Shown: positions 54,111 through 64,000 of the stretch, piece after piece
Layout: each line of letters starts with the position of its first letter
Numbering within the stretch: the stretch's first letter is position 1
Assembly: GCA_038322995.1 (NCBI GenBank)
Contig: JBBQGM010000007.1
Span: 9,391-73,390 of the forward strand
Source of the DNA: Pyrinomonadales bacterium
Lineage (GTDB): Bacteria > Acidobacteriota > Blastocatellia > Pyrinomonadales > Pyrinomonadaceae
Direction of reading: 5' to 3'
Length of the DNA stretch: 64,000 bases
Program-made: the position numbers and the translations under genes
The notes under the pieces: generated by a model
Told to the model about the DNA's origin: nothing
Databases searched by the model: none
What the model saw: the letters and a program-made list of their open reading frames with translations, nothing else

Positions 54111-54872
54111 TCAGAGATAGAAGAGGCTGAGGCGCGGCACGCCGCAGTCTTCGCGTAATTGTTTGGCTAACAGATTATCGCGCGTCTGCTCGTAAGTGGC
54201 GCGATCCATGCGTGCGCGATAGGAGCGCAATTGTTCTTCGGCGGCGGCCCGGCGGACGGCAACTTGCTCCGCGGGCAAGTGCGCACGCACGGCCCGGTCA
54301 AGTAAGTTCTCTAAATCGGTTAGCGCACCTTCCAACTGTTCCGCGTTGGGGCGCGGACTGCGGGCGAAGTCCGCTTCGAGTTCCGCAAGTCGCGCGGCGG
54401 CACGGGCCAGAGTTTCACACAACTCGTCGGCGCTCGTCTGCTGGCGCGTCGCGTGCGCGGCGGCGAGTTGCGCGCGACACTCTGCCAGATGTGCGCTGAT
54501 CGCGGCGCGCGGAAATGGCAGCCCGGCATTCTCGTCCGGCGGGCCCGTCGTTGCGGACGGTGCGCCCTGCTCAGCGCGCACACCATTTCCGTCTGTGGCG
54601 CTGTGGCCGCCCTGTTGTCGCTCCCGCCACTCGGCAAACTGTGCCTCAACCTCTTCCTGACAATAAAGCAATGACTTAACACTGCGCCGGCGCGGCTTCG
54701 CCTCGAACGAATCGAACGACTGCTCGACGCCGCGTAACGCCACGTGCAACGGCACGCCCTGCTGTTTCCAACTCTCGATCAGCGCCCAATCCAACGGACT
54801 CAACAACAGATGCCGGCCGCGCCGGCGGATGAACGTGTCTTCGATCTCAGTGAAATAATTAAAGTAGTTCAA
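54111..54872 (-). CDS. hypothetical protein
   Basis: 253-aa ORF that stops 4 nt upstream of the methyltransferase start. No family recognised. Confidence 0.5.
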   Translation of the reverse strand: MNYFNYFTEIEDTFIRRRGRHLLLSPLDWALIESWKQQGVPLHVALRGVEQSFDSFEAKPRRRSVKSLLYCQEEVEAQFAEWRERQQGGHSATDGNGVRAEQGAPSATTGPPDENAGLPFPRAAISAHLAECRAQLAAAHATRQQTSADELCETLARAAARLAELEADFARSPRPNAEQLEGALTDLENLLDRAVRAHLPAEQVAVRRAAAEEQLRSYRARMDRATYEQTRDNLLAKQLREDCGVPRLSLFYL

Positions 54873-54936
54873 GACGGTGAATAGTGTGCCGTAGGTAGTC
54901 AGAACGTTTGTGTCCTAACTGCTTAGTGTTGCCCAC

Positions 54937-56340
54937 TTACCTTTTCATGTTCAAGGCCTCTTCGATTGCGTCTGCGGCCGCGCTCGCGCCGTTTTCGCGT
55001 TGCACGATCTGGCCGACCTCGCCGGCTCGCGCCGCGTAGCCTGGCTCACTCAATAGTTTTTCGAGTTCTCTGGTCGCGCGCGCGGCATTGTACTTAGGGC
55101 GCGGCAGCACGCGCGCCGTACCGATGCGGGCCACGCGCGCGGCGTTGTCGAACTGATCGTGCGCGTGCGGCACGACGAGCGCGGGGCGACCGGCGCGCAA
55201 TGCCTGCCCCGTCGTGCCGACGCCGCCCTGATGCACCGTGCAGCAACCGCGCGGCAACACCTCGCTGAAGGGCGCATACTCGAACGCGGCAATGCCAGCA
55301 GGGAGCGGTTCAGCCGGCCGGTTGCGCGCATGGCCGATGAGCAGGAGCGCACGCCGGCCGAGCGCGTGCGCGGCGGCAACAGAGTCGCGGTAGAAATCCT
55401 TGGCGACCCAGATGGCCGACGAGCCGAGCGTGAAGATGATGGGCGGCGGGCCGGCGGCGAGAAACTGTAGCAGTGCGCGCGGCGTCGCTTGTTCGCCGAA
55501 ATAATCGCGCCGGTCATAGAACGGAAAGCCCGTGAGGCGCGTGTGTGCGGGCCAGTCCTGTTGCGGCTCGCCGAGCACGCGCGAGTAAAGCGCAAGCACC
55601 ATCGTTGGCGCGTGCTGACCGGCGAAGATGGGCGACAGGCCACGCGGCAAGCCTAACTCGGCCCGTAGCTGATAGACCGGTTCGACCAGCGCATCAAACT
55701 TGGCGACGGCTAACCGCAGCAGTGTCCGGGCCACGAACGGGCTGAGCTTCAGCACTTTATGGAGCGCGGGAAACTGCGGCGGCACGGGCGGATCATAGAC
55801 GGAGAAGAACGAGACCGGCGCAAGCACGCTTGAGACCCAGGGCAGTTTGCGTCGCTGCGCGATGATGGGGCCGACGAGCGGCAACGGATGTGTGAGTAAT
55901 AAGTCAGCGTCCGCTACTGCGGCATCGAGGTCTGCGTAAATATCGCGAATGTGCGGCATGAGCATCTGTTTGAAGATGTTCTCCGTGCCCTCGCGTTGCC
56001 CCATCAATTGCTCGACAATCCTGGCGATCTCGTCCGTTTGGTCAGGCGCAGGCATCTCCGGGCGCACCGCGCGCAACTCCAACCCTACGGCATCAGTTTT
56101 CTCCCGGTACGCCGCGCTCGTCGCGATCACGGGCAGATGTCCGCGCTGTTTCAATTCCAGGGCAATGGCGATGTATGGATGTATATCGCCGAATGAGCCG
56201 AAGGTTGAGAGGACGATGCGTTTCATAAGGAGTGGCCGGTGGCCAGAGGTCATTTGTACTTGTGCCGCGCGTTGAAGCCTGAAGAGATTGTTAACAACCG
56301 GCGATGGACAACTGACCACGGACGACAGACTGTCGTTCAT
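54937..56340 (-). CDS. GT1-family glycosyltransferase (MGT/UDP-glycosyltransferase-like)
   Basis: C-terminal nucleotide-sugar signature HQGGVGTTGQALRAGRPALVVPHAHDQFDNA. N-terminal STFGSFGDIHPYIA. The true start is probably ATG 56226 (MKRIVLSTFG...). Confidence 0.75.
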   Translation of the reverse strand: MNDSLSSVVSCPSPVVNNLFRLQRAAQVQMTSGHRPLLMKRIVLSTFGSFGDIHPYIAIALELKQRGHLPVIATSAAYREKTDAVGLELRAVRPEMPAPDQTDEIARIVEQLMGQREGTENIFKQMLMPHIRDIYADLDAAVADADLLLTHPLPLVGPIIAQRRKLPWVSSVLAPVSFFSVYDPPVPPQFPALHKVLKLSPFVARTLLRLAVAKFDALVEPVYQLRAELGLPRGLSPIFAGQHAPTMVLALYSRVLGEPQQDWPAHTRLTGFPFYDRRDYFGEQATPRALLQFLAAGPPPIIFTLGSSAIWVAKDFYRDSVAAAHALGRRALLLIGHARNRPAEPLPAGIAAFEYAPFSEVLPRGCCTVHQGGVGTTGQALRAGRPALVVPHAHDQFDNAARVARIGTARVLPRPKYNAARATRELEKLLSEPGYAARAGEVGQIVQRENGASAAADAIEEALNMKR

Positions 56341-57113
56341 TCATCTTTCATCATTGCCCGCAGCGCATGCACATCGCCCGCGCGCACGATCTTTATTTCG
56401 CCTGCATCGGTTTCTACACGCAAAGCGCCGTCAGGTTCAAGCCCGCGCGTCGTGCCGGCGAAAACTTCCGCGCCTGTCTCGACCCGTACGCGCCGGGCTT
56501 GCGCATAAGATGAGGCGGCGCACCACGCGCTAATCGTCTCTGCCGGGCCGCAAGCTTCATGCAGTAGCACGTAGCGACGCACAAGTTGGAGCACGAGCGC
56601 GTTAAGCAACGCTACGCGGTCGGGCGCAACGCCCGTCGCGCCCGCGACCGACGTGGCAGCGGGCCGCAGGGCCGGCGGAAAAGCCGCATCACTCAGGTTG
56701 ATGCCGATGCCGACGATGCAGGCCCGGCCCCGCGTGGTGTCGCACACTTCGGCGAGGATGCCGCAGAGTTTGCGGCCGCCCGCGAGTAGATCGTTCGGCC
56801 ATTTGATGTCGGGCGTGAGCGCGCACGCCTCTGTCAGCGCCGCCCGCACGGCCAGTGCTGCGGCCAGCGTGATGAGCGGCCAAAGTTGGGCAGCGAGCCG
56901 CGGGCGCAGCACGATGCTGAAGTACAATCCGGCATCAAGCGGCGAGACCCACACACGCGCCTGTCGGCCACGGCCGGCAGTTTGCTCGCGCGCGACGATG
57001 CATAGACCTTCGAGCGCGCCCTGTGCGGCCTGTCGGGCCGCTTCGGTGTTGGTCGAAGCTAACGAATCGAAGCGCAGGACGTTGATGTGCAGTGGTGTTG
57101 GCACGCCGGACAT
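56337..57113 (-). CDS. birA: biotin--[acetyl-CoA-carboxylase] ligase (no N-terminal HTH)
   Basis: 258 aa. GRGRQARVWVSP, KWPNDLL and GIGINL are BirA catalytic-domain motifs. Confidence 0.82.
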   Translation of the reverse strand: MSGVPTPLHINVLRFDSLASTNTEAARQAAQGALEGLCIVAREQTAGRGRQARVWVSPLDAGLYFSIVLRPRLAAQLWPLITLAAALAVRAALTEACALTPDIKWPNDLLAGGRKLCGILAEVCDTTRGRACIVGIGINLSDAAFPPALRPAATSVAGATGVAPDRVALLNALVLQLVRRYVLLHEACGPAETISAWCAASSYAQARRVRVETGAEVFAGTTRGLEPDGALRVETDAGEIKIVRAGDVHALRAMMKDE

Positions 57114-57319
57114 GACGTGTTCGCTCTAAGGGACGCGCTAAGCCATACCAGAAAGCGGCGGCTGATACAACTTCGGCGCTGCTCCAAGCCAAAGGTCGAA
57201 GCAGCGCCGAAGTTGTGGACTAGCCTAACTCAACCGAGCAGGCGTCATGCGAGACCCGCGGGTCTCGAACTAATTCGCCGCGCGATGCGGGAACACTGCA
57301 AGCCGTTGCGCGGCAGTCG

Positions 57320-57466
57320 TTAGACCGTGCGCCGGCCGGTCAGCAAGTTGATGACGAAGACGACGAGTGCAATGACAAGCAGCAGGTGAATAAGACCGCC
57401 GCCGATGTGTAGGCCGAAGCCGAGCAGCCAGAGCACCAACAAGATCACCAGAATTGTCCACAACAT
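57320..57466 (-). CDS. small two-TM membrane protein (lmo0937-like family)
   Basis: Start placed at ATG 57466 (AGGAGG 8 nt upstream): MLWTILVILLVLWLLGFGLHIGGGLIHLLLVIALVVFVINLLTGRRTV. The track ORF extends to a TTG at 57544. Confidence 0.55.
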   Translation of the reverse strand: MLWTILVILLVLWLLGFGLHIGGGLIHLLLVIALVVFVINLLTGRRTV

Positions 57467-57756
57467 AACCGTTTCCTCCTGTACTAACTCAATTAACGTT
57501 TGCCCGAAACCCTGTGCCATGTTATTGAGCAACGTTCGTGCCAACTCGCGCGCCGCCGGCCCGCGCCACGTTAATCATCCATTTTGCCGCCTATGTTCAT
57601 CTGATTAAGGCACGCCAGGAGTTTCAAGCGCTTTCTAATCGCTTGCGGCGCGCACGTAAACAAAACGTGTCGGCGCGGCGCGCTGTGCTGTTTCAGTTCA
57701 AATGCGGGCCAGCAGCGCGGACTGATCGCGCCACCCTTTCCCTGTTTGTTTGGTTC

Positions 57757-59037
57757 TTAACCCAGCACGCCGCGAGATTTCGCCGGACTGACGATGTAAC
57801 CCGGAAAGACTTTATTGAGTTCGACCGCGCCGAGATGCTTTGTGGCGACCTCGCCGAACACGTCGCGGAAGTCGGTCGTTAGCGCGAGGTCGCGCCCTTC
57901 GTAGAGTTTGTCCGTGGCGAGTCCGGGCCACGGGCCATACACTTTGCCGCCGCGCACGTCGCCCCCAATGACGAACATCGCGTTAGCGTGGCCGTGATCC
58001 GTGCCGCGATTGCCGTTCTCGCGCGCCGTGCGGCCGAACTCGGACATGGTCAGCACCACCACATCGTCCATGCGTTGCCCCAAATCCTGATTGAGCGCGG
58101 CGATGCCCTGCCCGAACTCGGTCAGGCGCAACGCGAGTTGGCCGCGCGCACCGCCTTCGTTGACGTGTGTGTCCCAACCGCCGATGTCGGTGAACGCGAT
58201 CTCAAGGCCGACACCGGCTTTGATCAACTGCGCGATCTGCAACAGCGAGTTGCCGAACTGCGTGCGCGGATACTGCGCGCCGTTCTCCGGTTTGTACTGC
58301 GCCGGGTTGACGCGCTTTAGATAATTGATCGCGTCGAACGTCTCTTTGCCCGTGCCCTTCAACGCATCGCCTGCCGCTTGCTCGTAGATGTCCTCGAAGC
58401 TGCCCTGCACCATCGCCGATGCTTGCCCGGCGCGGATCGCGAAATCGTTCAGGTTCGAGATAGCGAGCGCGGGCGAGCGGCCTTGCATGACACGGGGCAA
58501 GTTCTGCGTCAGCGCGACGGCGCGGAACGGCGACACCTGCGCCGCCGGCTTTTGCGCTTGCAGATAACGATTGAGCCAACCGTCGGCCGTAGCCTTCAGG
58601 CCCGGCGTGCCCGACTCCATATAATCCTGCGCGTCGAAGTGTGAGCGCGTGTTGTCGGGCGAACCAGCCGCGTGGACAATCGCCAGCCGCTTCGCGTCCC
58701 AGATGGGCTTGAAGCCCGCGAGCGCGGGATGCAGCCCGAAGAAACCATCGAGGTCAACGACCGACTCGCCCGGCGTGCCGTGCTTCGGTTGCGCGATGGC
58801 GAGCGTCGGCCGCAAGTCATAATAATTTTTCTCGCCGTAGGGCACGACCATGTTGAGACCATCCACCGCGCCGCGCTGGAAGATCGCGATCAAAGTCTTG
58901 CGCCGGCCGCCCGGCACACGATTCGCGCCTTGCGCCAGCGCAGTGCGCTGGAGAAACGACGGCGCGGCCGAGGTCAAGCCGATACTAGCGAGCGCGATGC
59001 CGCTCGACTTCAGAAAGAATCTGCGATTCATAGCCAT
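57757..59037 (-). CDS. DUF1501 (sulfatase-like) protein with twin-arginine signal
   Basis: Start placed at ATG 59037 (MAMNRRFFLKSSGIALASIGL). ...DTHVNEG...MSEFGRT..ENGNRGTDHG is characteristic of DUF1501. Confidence 0.75.
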   Translation of the reverse strand: MAMNRRFFLKSSGIALASIGLTSAAPSFLQRTALAQGANRVPGGRRKTLIAIFQRGAVDGLNMVVPYGEKNYYDLRPTLAIAQPKHGTPGESVVDLDGFFGLHPALAGFKPIWDAKRLAIVHAAGSPDNTRSHFDAQDYMESGTPGLKATADGWLNRYLQAQKPAAQVSPFRAVALTQNLPRVMQGRSPALAISNLNDFAIRAGQASAMVQGSFEDIYEQAAGDALKGTGKETFDAINYLKRVNPAQYKPENGAQYPRTQFGNSLLQIAQLIKAGVGLEIAFTDIGGWDTHVNEGGARGQLALRLTEFGQGIAALNQDLGQRMDDVVVLTMSEFGRTARENGNRGTDHGHANAMFVIGGDVRGGKVYGPWPGLATDKLYEGRDLALTTDFRDVFGEVATKHLGAVELNKVFPGYIVSPAKSRGVLG

Positions 59038-59064
59038 GATTGCGTACCCCTTAACCTTAAAGAC

Positions 59065-59130
59065 AAGTTCAAGGTTCAAGGTTTAAAGTTCAAGGTTGCT
59101 GGTTGGCTATAACTTTGAACCTTGAACTTT
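59065..59130. repeat. AAGTTCAAGGTT direct/inverted repeat cluster forming a 13-bp stem between the DUF1800 and DUF1501 genes
   Basis: AAGTTCAAGGTT at 59065-59076 and 59086-59097. The complement AACCTTGAACTT is at 59118-59129. The extended stem is AAAGTTCAAGGTT / AACCTTGAACTTT. Confidence 0.5.
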
Positions 59131-59140
59131 GAACTTTGCC

Positions 59141-61237
59141 TCACTGTCTTTGAAATTCAGGCGAGCCGAGGATGAGCGCGGCGATGCGCACAACTTCCGC
59201 GTTACCCACAGGCGCGTTGTTATTCGCCGCCAACTGTCCGAATTGACCCAAGCGGCGCTGGCGCGGTCGTTGTCCGCCCACATCCATCAACGCGGCTTCA
59301 TCGGCTGCCTGTGTTGCGCCCGGCGCGGGCTGCGCCACGGTCGTAGGCGGCGGCGCACTCGCCTGCTCGCTCAGTTTCTTCAAGAGCGATGTCTTCGTCT
59401 GCGCCGACATGTCGCCTTGCAGGATGACGGCCACGAACTGATCAAGCACGCGCGCTTGATCGATCTTGCCCCCGCTTGTGGTCGTGTCGGTGAAGCTCGC
59501 GAGTTCGACGCGCGTACCGGGAATGCGATTACTGACGAGCGCGAGCGCGAAGTTGATGCGCTCAAGCAGCGCGCCTGTGTTGACCCAATGTTCGGCCGTG
59601 TCGGGATAGCCGGTCGGCGGTTGATACTGATAGAGCGGCTCGCCCATACGCGCGATCCATTGATGCAACTGCGGGCCGCCGTTCGTCTCGCCGCCGAGCG
59701 CGCGCACGGCGCTTACCGCCAACTCGAACGGCGTTTTGATCTTCGCGCGATAGTTCTCCGGCGCATTGAACTCTGGCGCGGTGAAGACAGCCTGCAACGT
59801 CGCGCTGATGTCGCCATCGGATTTTGTGAACGCCGCCGCGATGCGCCCGACCAATGCAGGCGGCGGCTCGTCCATGACGAACTTGCGCGCCAGTTTCGTG
59901 GCGATGAATTTCGCGGTCGCCGGATGATGCGCGAGTATGGCCAAGACAATCAGGCCATCCTTCACGCCGCCGGCCGCCGGAATTTTGTGGCCCAGTACAA
60001 GTTTCTCGCCGTTGTCGTGTTGCCGCGCGTTGAAGACGAACGTGCCCGCGCGATTCTCGTCGATGAGACCGGCGCGGCCCGCGTAGCCACGCGGATCAAG
60101 GATCGTCCAACCCGTGAAGCAACGCGCCACTTCCTGCACATCCTTTTGCGTGTAGCCGCCATCGACGCCAAGCGTATGCAACTCCATCAACTCGCGCGCG
60201 TAGTTCTCATTGATGCCGCGCTTCATGCGTTGCGGTTGTGCTTGCGGCGGCAACTGCCCGTTGCCCGGTCGCGCCTGCGCACGTGGGTTGTTGTTCATCA
60301 ACTGCTGGAGCAACTGTTGTCGACGCGGGTTGCCCTGCGGCGCGTTCGGGCTGACGCTCTGGAAGTTATCGAGGAAGAAAAGCATGGCCGGGCTTTCGGC
60401 CGTGGCCACGAGCAAGTCTTGAAACTTGCTCAACGTGTGCGGCCGGATCGTGTCGCGGTCGTAAGCAGTTAACAGCCAGCGATCCGCCCCCTTGCCGGCG
60501 AAGACGTTGAAATGGTTCGTCCAAAAATCGACCATCGCTTCCTGCAACTGCCGCTCGCTATAGACGGCGCGCAGGATGCGCGAGGCCTGTAGCTCGACCG
60601 TGATGCGCTGCGGCGGTTGCATCCCATGCGCCAACATGTAATCGCGGATCGCCGCGCGATATTCTTTTTTGTCAGCGTTCTGTGCCGCATCATTGTTAGG
60701 TTGCCCCGCCGTGTTCGGCGCAGGCTGCTCCGGCAGCGCGTTTGCCAGCGCGCCGTCGGCCATCTGCGGCGCGTCGCCCGCAGGCATTGCATTCGCGGGC
60801 GCACCGTTCTTACGTTGCTCGGCTATGGCCTGTAAGTCCGCGGGCAGTTTGCCCTGTCGCTGCAACTGCTTGAGCAGTTGCCCGGGCTGCGGGAATTTGG
60901 CGTACAACTCCGAGTTCGGCATCGTCAACGTCGGCAGCGCACGCAGTTTCGCTTGCGCTGCCGCATCGTCAATCCGCTCCGGATGCAACTGCATATCGAG
61001 CCAACGCTCAAGCCCCATCTGGCGAACACGCTCCACGTCGCCGGGCCGCGCGCCAAAGCCGAGCCGGTTGAACAGGTGGACAATACGCTGCTCCTCGCTC
61101 AGCTTACGCGCCGCCGGTTTCGTCTCCGCAGTCGCCGCGCTGAACGGCAGCATGCCGGCCATGAGCAACAGGGCGACCGCGAGCGCGAGCGCGCGTTGCG
61201 TGTATGAATGAATCTGTGTGGGCTTGTAATTTTTCAT
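59141..61237 (-). CDS. DUF1800 domain protein (partner of DUF1501)
   Basis: Start placed at ATG 61237 (MKNYKPTQIHSYTQRALALAVALLLMAG signal). Motifs HLFNRLGFG, FWTNHFNVF, YARELMELHTLGVDGGYTQ. Confidence 0.75.
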   Translation of the reverse strand: MKNYKPTQIHSYTQRALALAVALLLMAGMLPFSAATAETKPAARKLSEEQRIVHLFNRLGFGARPGDVERVRQMGLERWLDMQLHPERIDDAAAQAKLRALPTLTMPNSELYAKFPQPGQLLKQLQRQGKLPADLQAIAEQRKNGAPANAMPAGDAPQMADGALANALPEQPAPNTAGQPNNDAAQNADKKEYRAAIRDYMLAHGMQPPQRITVELQASRILRAVYSERQLQEAMVDFWTNHFNVFAGKGADRWLLTAYDRDTIRPHTLSKFQDLLVATAESPAMLFFLDNFQSVSPNAPQGNPRRQQLLQQLMNNNPRAQARPGNGQLPPQAQPQRMKRGINENYARELMELHTLGVDGGYTQKDVQEVARCFTGWTILDPRGYAGRAGLIDENRAGTFVFNARQHDNGEKLVLGHKIPAAGGVKDGLIVLAILAHHPATAKFIATKLARKFVMDEPPPALVGRIAAAFTKSDGDISATLQAVFTAPEFNAPENYRAKIKTPFELAVSAVRALGGETNGGPQLHQWIARMGEPLYQYQPPTGYPDTAEHWVNTGALLERINFALALVSNRIPGTRVELASFTDTTTSGGKIDQARVLDQFVAVILQGDMSAQTKTSLLKKLSEQASAPPPTTVAQPAPGATQAADEAALMDVGGQRPRQRRLGQFGQLAANNNAPVGNAEVVRIAALILGSPEFQRQ

Positions 61238-61431
61238 AGTGACACTTATCTCGTAAAACATAACTTGAAAATTGCCGGCCATCGCGTCAACCAGTTGTGA
61301 GCGTGAGACCATTCCGCGTGCCAACGTTTTAGACGCGCCGCCCACATGAAAGGTTGAAAAGATTTGCGGCGCGGAGACCGGCAGAGGTCGTCCGCGCCGC
61401 ATGCGTAATTGCCCGCATTTTCGCCCTAAAT

Positions 61432-62874
61432 TCAGCGCACCGGCTTAGGATAACTGACCGGGCTGCGATGTCCTGCGCGATCAACGGCGCGCACGCCGAA
61501 GAAGAAGTTGTCCTTCGACATGCCCGGCAGCGTGAACGTCGTCACGCGCCCGACCGAGCGCACGTTTGTCCACATGGGCGCGGTCGTGTCGCGCCAGACG
61601 ATCTCGTAGCCCGCGAGGTCTGGCTCTTTGTTCGCGTCCCATTGCAGGTTCGTATCAATGCCGAGGGCGCGCGTGTTGAGGCCGACGTTTTGCGGGCGCG
61701 CGGGCGCGCGGGCCAGCGTGGCCAGCGCGGCGGCGTTCACGCGCGCGACGTTGACCGTGTAGGCGAAGTCAACAAACTCCGGCAGGTCGCCGTATTGCAG
61801 GCCGTGCTCGACGCGGACGTTTTGATGTTGATGATTGAAGTTCTCGTTCACTTCGCAGAAGCGCACCGCCGCGAAGCCACGTTCAAGAAACGGAATGTGA
61901 TCGCCGCCGCGCCCGTAGCGGTCGCGCCGATAGACTTGCAGCACACGGAAGGTTGGCAGGTAGAGATCAGCCACCTCTTTGATGAAGCGCGAGAGTTGGC
62001 GCGCGGGCGAATCGTTCTCGCCGCCGACGCTGCGCCGCGTCGTCGCGTCCGGCGGCGTCTCGCTCGAGGGCACGCCTTCCGAGAAGACGCGCACGGTCTG
62101 CGGATCATAAGCGCCGTTCTGCCCGTGCGAGTTACCGATGATGTCGTTCGTGAACATCGCCTCGATGTTCATGTTCTGCTGCTTCGCCACTTCGGCGAAG
62201 TGCGTCGAACCCAACAGACTCTGCTCCTCGCCCGCCACCGCCATGAAGATGATCGTCGCATCGAACTCGCGCCGCGCCAGCACACGCGCCATTTCCAACA
62301 CGGCCGCCACACCCGACGCATCATCGTTCGCGCCCGGCGCATCGCACTGCGCATCCGTCGGGCTGGTACACATCGAATCGTAATGGCCGCTCACGACATA
62401 GACGCGCGCAACCGATTCGGCTTGCGTGCCCTTGAGCGTGGCCACGACGTTCGTCACCACGGTCGCCTGCGGCACGCGCCCTCGCGGTGGCGGTTGCGCC
62501 TCTTGCGTGTACGACTGTTTCTCGACCGTCATGCGCCCACCGGAAATTTGCGCGACTTTTTGAAACTCGCTGTAGAGCCAATCGCGCGCCGCGCCGATGC
62601 CGCGTGTCGGATTATCCTGCACGGAGAGCGTGTTGCGCGTGCCAAACGAGACGAGCGCGCGGATCGTGTGCTCGATGTTGTGTGCGTCAAACTCCGTGAG
62701 CAGGCGCGCGATCTCCGGGTCGCGGAGTGCGCGTTGCATCGCGCTTACGTCGCGCGCACCGTTGCGTCGTTGCGCGGCCCGACCTTGCGCCCGCCCAACG
62801 GACGACGGACACAGCAGAATGAACAGCAACGCGCAGGCGCAGAGGGCGCGCGGCTTCGAGACACTTCTATTCAT
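61432..62874 (-). CDS. M28-family metallopeptidase with C-terminal fibronectin-III-like domain
   Basis: Start placed at ATG 62874 (MNRSVSKPRALCACALLFILL). SGHYDS...GANDDASGVAAVLE...AGEEQSLLGS fits M28 zinc-ligand spacing. Confidence 0.7.
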   Translation of the reverse strand: MNRSVSKPRALCACALLFILLCPSSVGRAQGRAAQRRNGARDVSAMQRALRDPEIARLLTEFDAHNIEHTIRALVSFGTRNTLSVQDNPTRGIGAARDWLYSEFQKVAQISGGRMTVEKQSYTQEAQPPPRGRVPQATVVTNVVATLKGTQAESVARVYVVSGHYDSMCTSPTDAQCDAPGANDDASGVAAVLEMARVLARREFDATIIFMAVAGEEQSLLGSTHFAEVAKQQNMNIEAMFTNDIIGNSHGQNGAYDPQTVRVFSEGVPSSETPPDATTRRSVGGENDSPARQLSRFIKEVADLYLPTFRVLQVYRRDRYGRGGDHIPFLERGFAAVRFCEVNENFNHQHQNVRVEHGLQYGDLPEFVDFAYTVNVARVNAAALATLARAPARPQNVGLNTRALGIDTNLQWDANKEPDLAGYEIVWRDTTAPMWTNVRSVGRVTTFTLPGMSKDNFFFGVRAVDRAGHRSPVSYPKPVR

Positions 62875-62989
62875 GTGCTTTTCCTTGCTGGTTGGTATGT
62901 TGGTGACGGGCACTACTGTAGCTTGAAGTATCCGACGGAAGCAACATGCGCGCTAGCGCGCACGAGCAATGCGCGCCAGATTGGGCGAC

Positions 62990-64000
62990 TCAGGTGGACT
63001 CGGACGCTGTCCGCTCACGCGCGACGAGCAAGCGGCGCAAGATTTTGCCCGACGCGGATTTCGGAATTTGCGCAATGAACTCAAGCCGCCGAACCTTTTT
63101 GTACGGCGCGACGCGCGCGGCCACGTAGGCCAGCAACTCGGCGGGTTGCGTGGCGGCGCACCCGGCTTTCAGCACGACGAACGCCTTCGGCACTTCGCCC
63201 GCTGCTTCATCTAGACTCGGCACAACGGCCGCGTCCGCCACGGCCGGATGCGTCAGCAGCACCGCTTCAAGTTCGGCCGGCGCAATCTGGAAACCTTTGT
63301 ATTTGATCAACTCTTTAAGGCGATCAACGATGTAGAAGTAGCTCGCCTCGTCCGCGTAGCCGATGTCGCCCGTGTGCAACCAACCGTCCGCGTCAATCGT
63401 GCGCGCGGTGGCTTCCGGGTTGTTCAAATAACCGCGCATTACCTGCGGCCCACGCACACAGATTTCGCCGCGCTCACCAACGTCCAACTCCGCGCCCGTC
63501 TCGCCGTCCACGATCTTGCATTCCGCGTTCGGCACACACCAGCCGACCGAGTCGTAGCGCACGGCGGCCGGGTCGTGCGGCAGCATGTGCGTCGAGGGCG
63601 CGGTCTCGGTCAGGCCGTAGCCTTGTTTGATAAAACACTTGAGTCGCCCGGCGACCTCGCGCGCCAACTCCGCGCTTAACGGCGCGGCGGCTGAAAAGAT
63701 CGTCTTGAGCGATGATAGATCGTAATCGTCAAGCACCGGTTGGCGTGCTACGGCGAGCATGATGGGCGGGACGAAGTGCGCGAGCGTGACGCGATACGTG
63801 GCCATCGCGCGCAGCACGTCGGTTAACTCGAAGCGCGGTAACAAGACAATGGTCGCGCCCGCGCGCAGGCCCGTGTTCATGATGACCTGCATGCCATAGA
63901 TGTGGAACAGCGGCAGCACGCAGATGAGCGTGTCGTCGCCGCGCAGATGCTGTGTGCCCGCGATCTGGCAGAGGTTCGCCACGAGGTTGTGATGCGTGAG
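62990..64000 (-). CDS. AMP-dependent acyl-CoA synthetase/ligase, N-terminus beyond the window
   Basis: The frame stays open to 64000 (LTHHNLVANLCQIAG...). Motifs GYGLTET, WLHTGDIGY, VDRLKELIKYKGFQIAPAELE, SASGKILRR. Confidence 0.8.
   Translation of the reverse strand, partial: LTHHNLVANLCQIAGTQHLRGDDTLICVLPLFHIYGMQVIMNTGLRAGATIVLLPRFELTDVLRAMATYRVTLAHFVPPIMLAVARQPVLDDYDLSSLKTIFSAAAPLSAELAREVAGRLKCFIKQGYGLTETAPSTHMLPHDPAAVRYDSVGWCVPNAECKIVDGETGAELDVGERGEICVRGPQVMRGYLNNPEATARTIDADGWLHTGDIGYADEASYFYIVDRLKELIKYKGFQIAPAELEAVLLTHPAVADAAVVPSLDEAAGEVPKAFVVLKAGCAATQPAELLAYVAARVAPYKKVRRLEFIAQIPKSASGKILRRLLVARERTASEST

Overview
High-G+C bacterial chromosome, roughly two-thirds G+C by eye (not computed). 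The gene content (DUF1800/DUF1501 pair, TonB-C proteins, ECF sigma/anti-sigma, giant alpha-2-macroglobulin, TPR protein) fits an Acidobacteriota-like soil bacterium, but that assignment is inference only. Core genes recognised: a pncA-like gene (partial), selD with an in-frame TGA (selenocysteine), tRNA-Glu(UUC), lnt, prfB with its programmed +1 frameshift, ftsK, comEA, comEC, an rlmD/rumA-like RNA methyltransferase, birA, an M28 peptidase and an acyl-CoA ligase (partial). The core is interrupted at 30348-52895 by a visibly AT-richer 22,548-bp Tn7-like transposon. It has a perfect 5-bp target-site duplication (CCTGC), 19-bp terminal inverted repeats and arrays of ACCAAAGTC-type repeats at both ends. 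It carries tniQ-tnsA-tnsB-tnsC (tnsB split at an A6 run), a second tniQ, and relics of a further tnsA and tniQ. It sits 3 codons before the stop of the RNA methyltransferase gene and 52 bp upstream of comEC. There are three cargo blocks. (i) Two unknown proteins plus a cytoplasmic multi-GAF histidine kinase and a stand-alone receiver. (ii) Small XRE/HTH genes and two unknown ORFs. (iii) A tightly packed five-gene module: dcm, a 991-aa GHKL-ATPase/histidine-kinase fusion, a 597-aa atypical receiver-domain protein, vsr and an HNH nuclease. Block (iii) is my best candidate for an undescribed defence-type system. No CRISPR array, cas gene or rRNA was seen. Most short ORFs in the track that lie antisense to the large GC-rich genes are treated as spurious.
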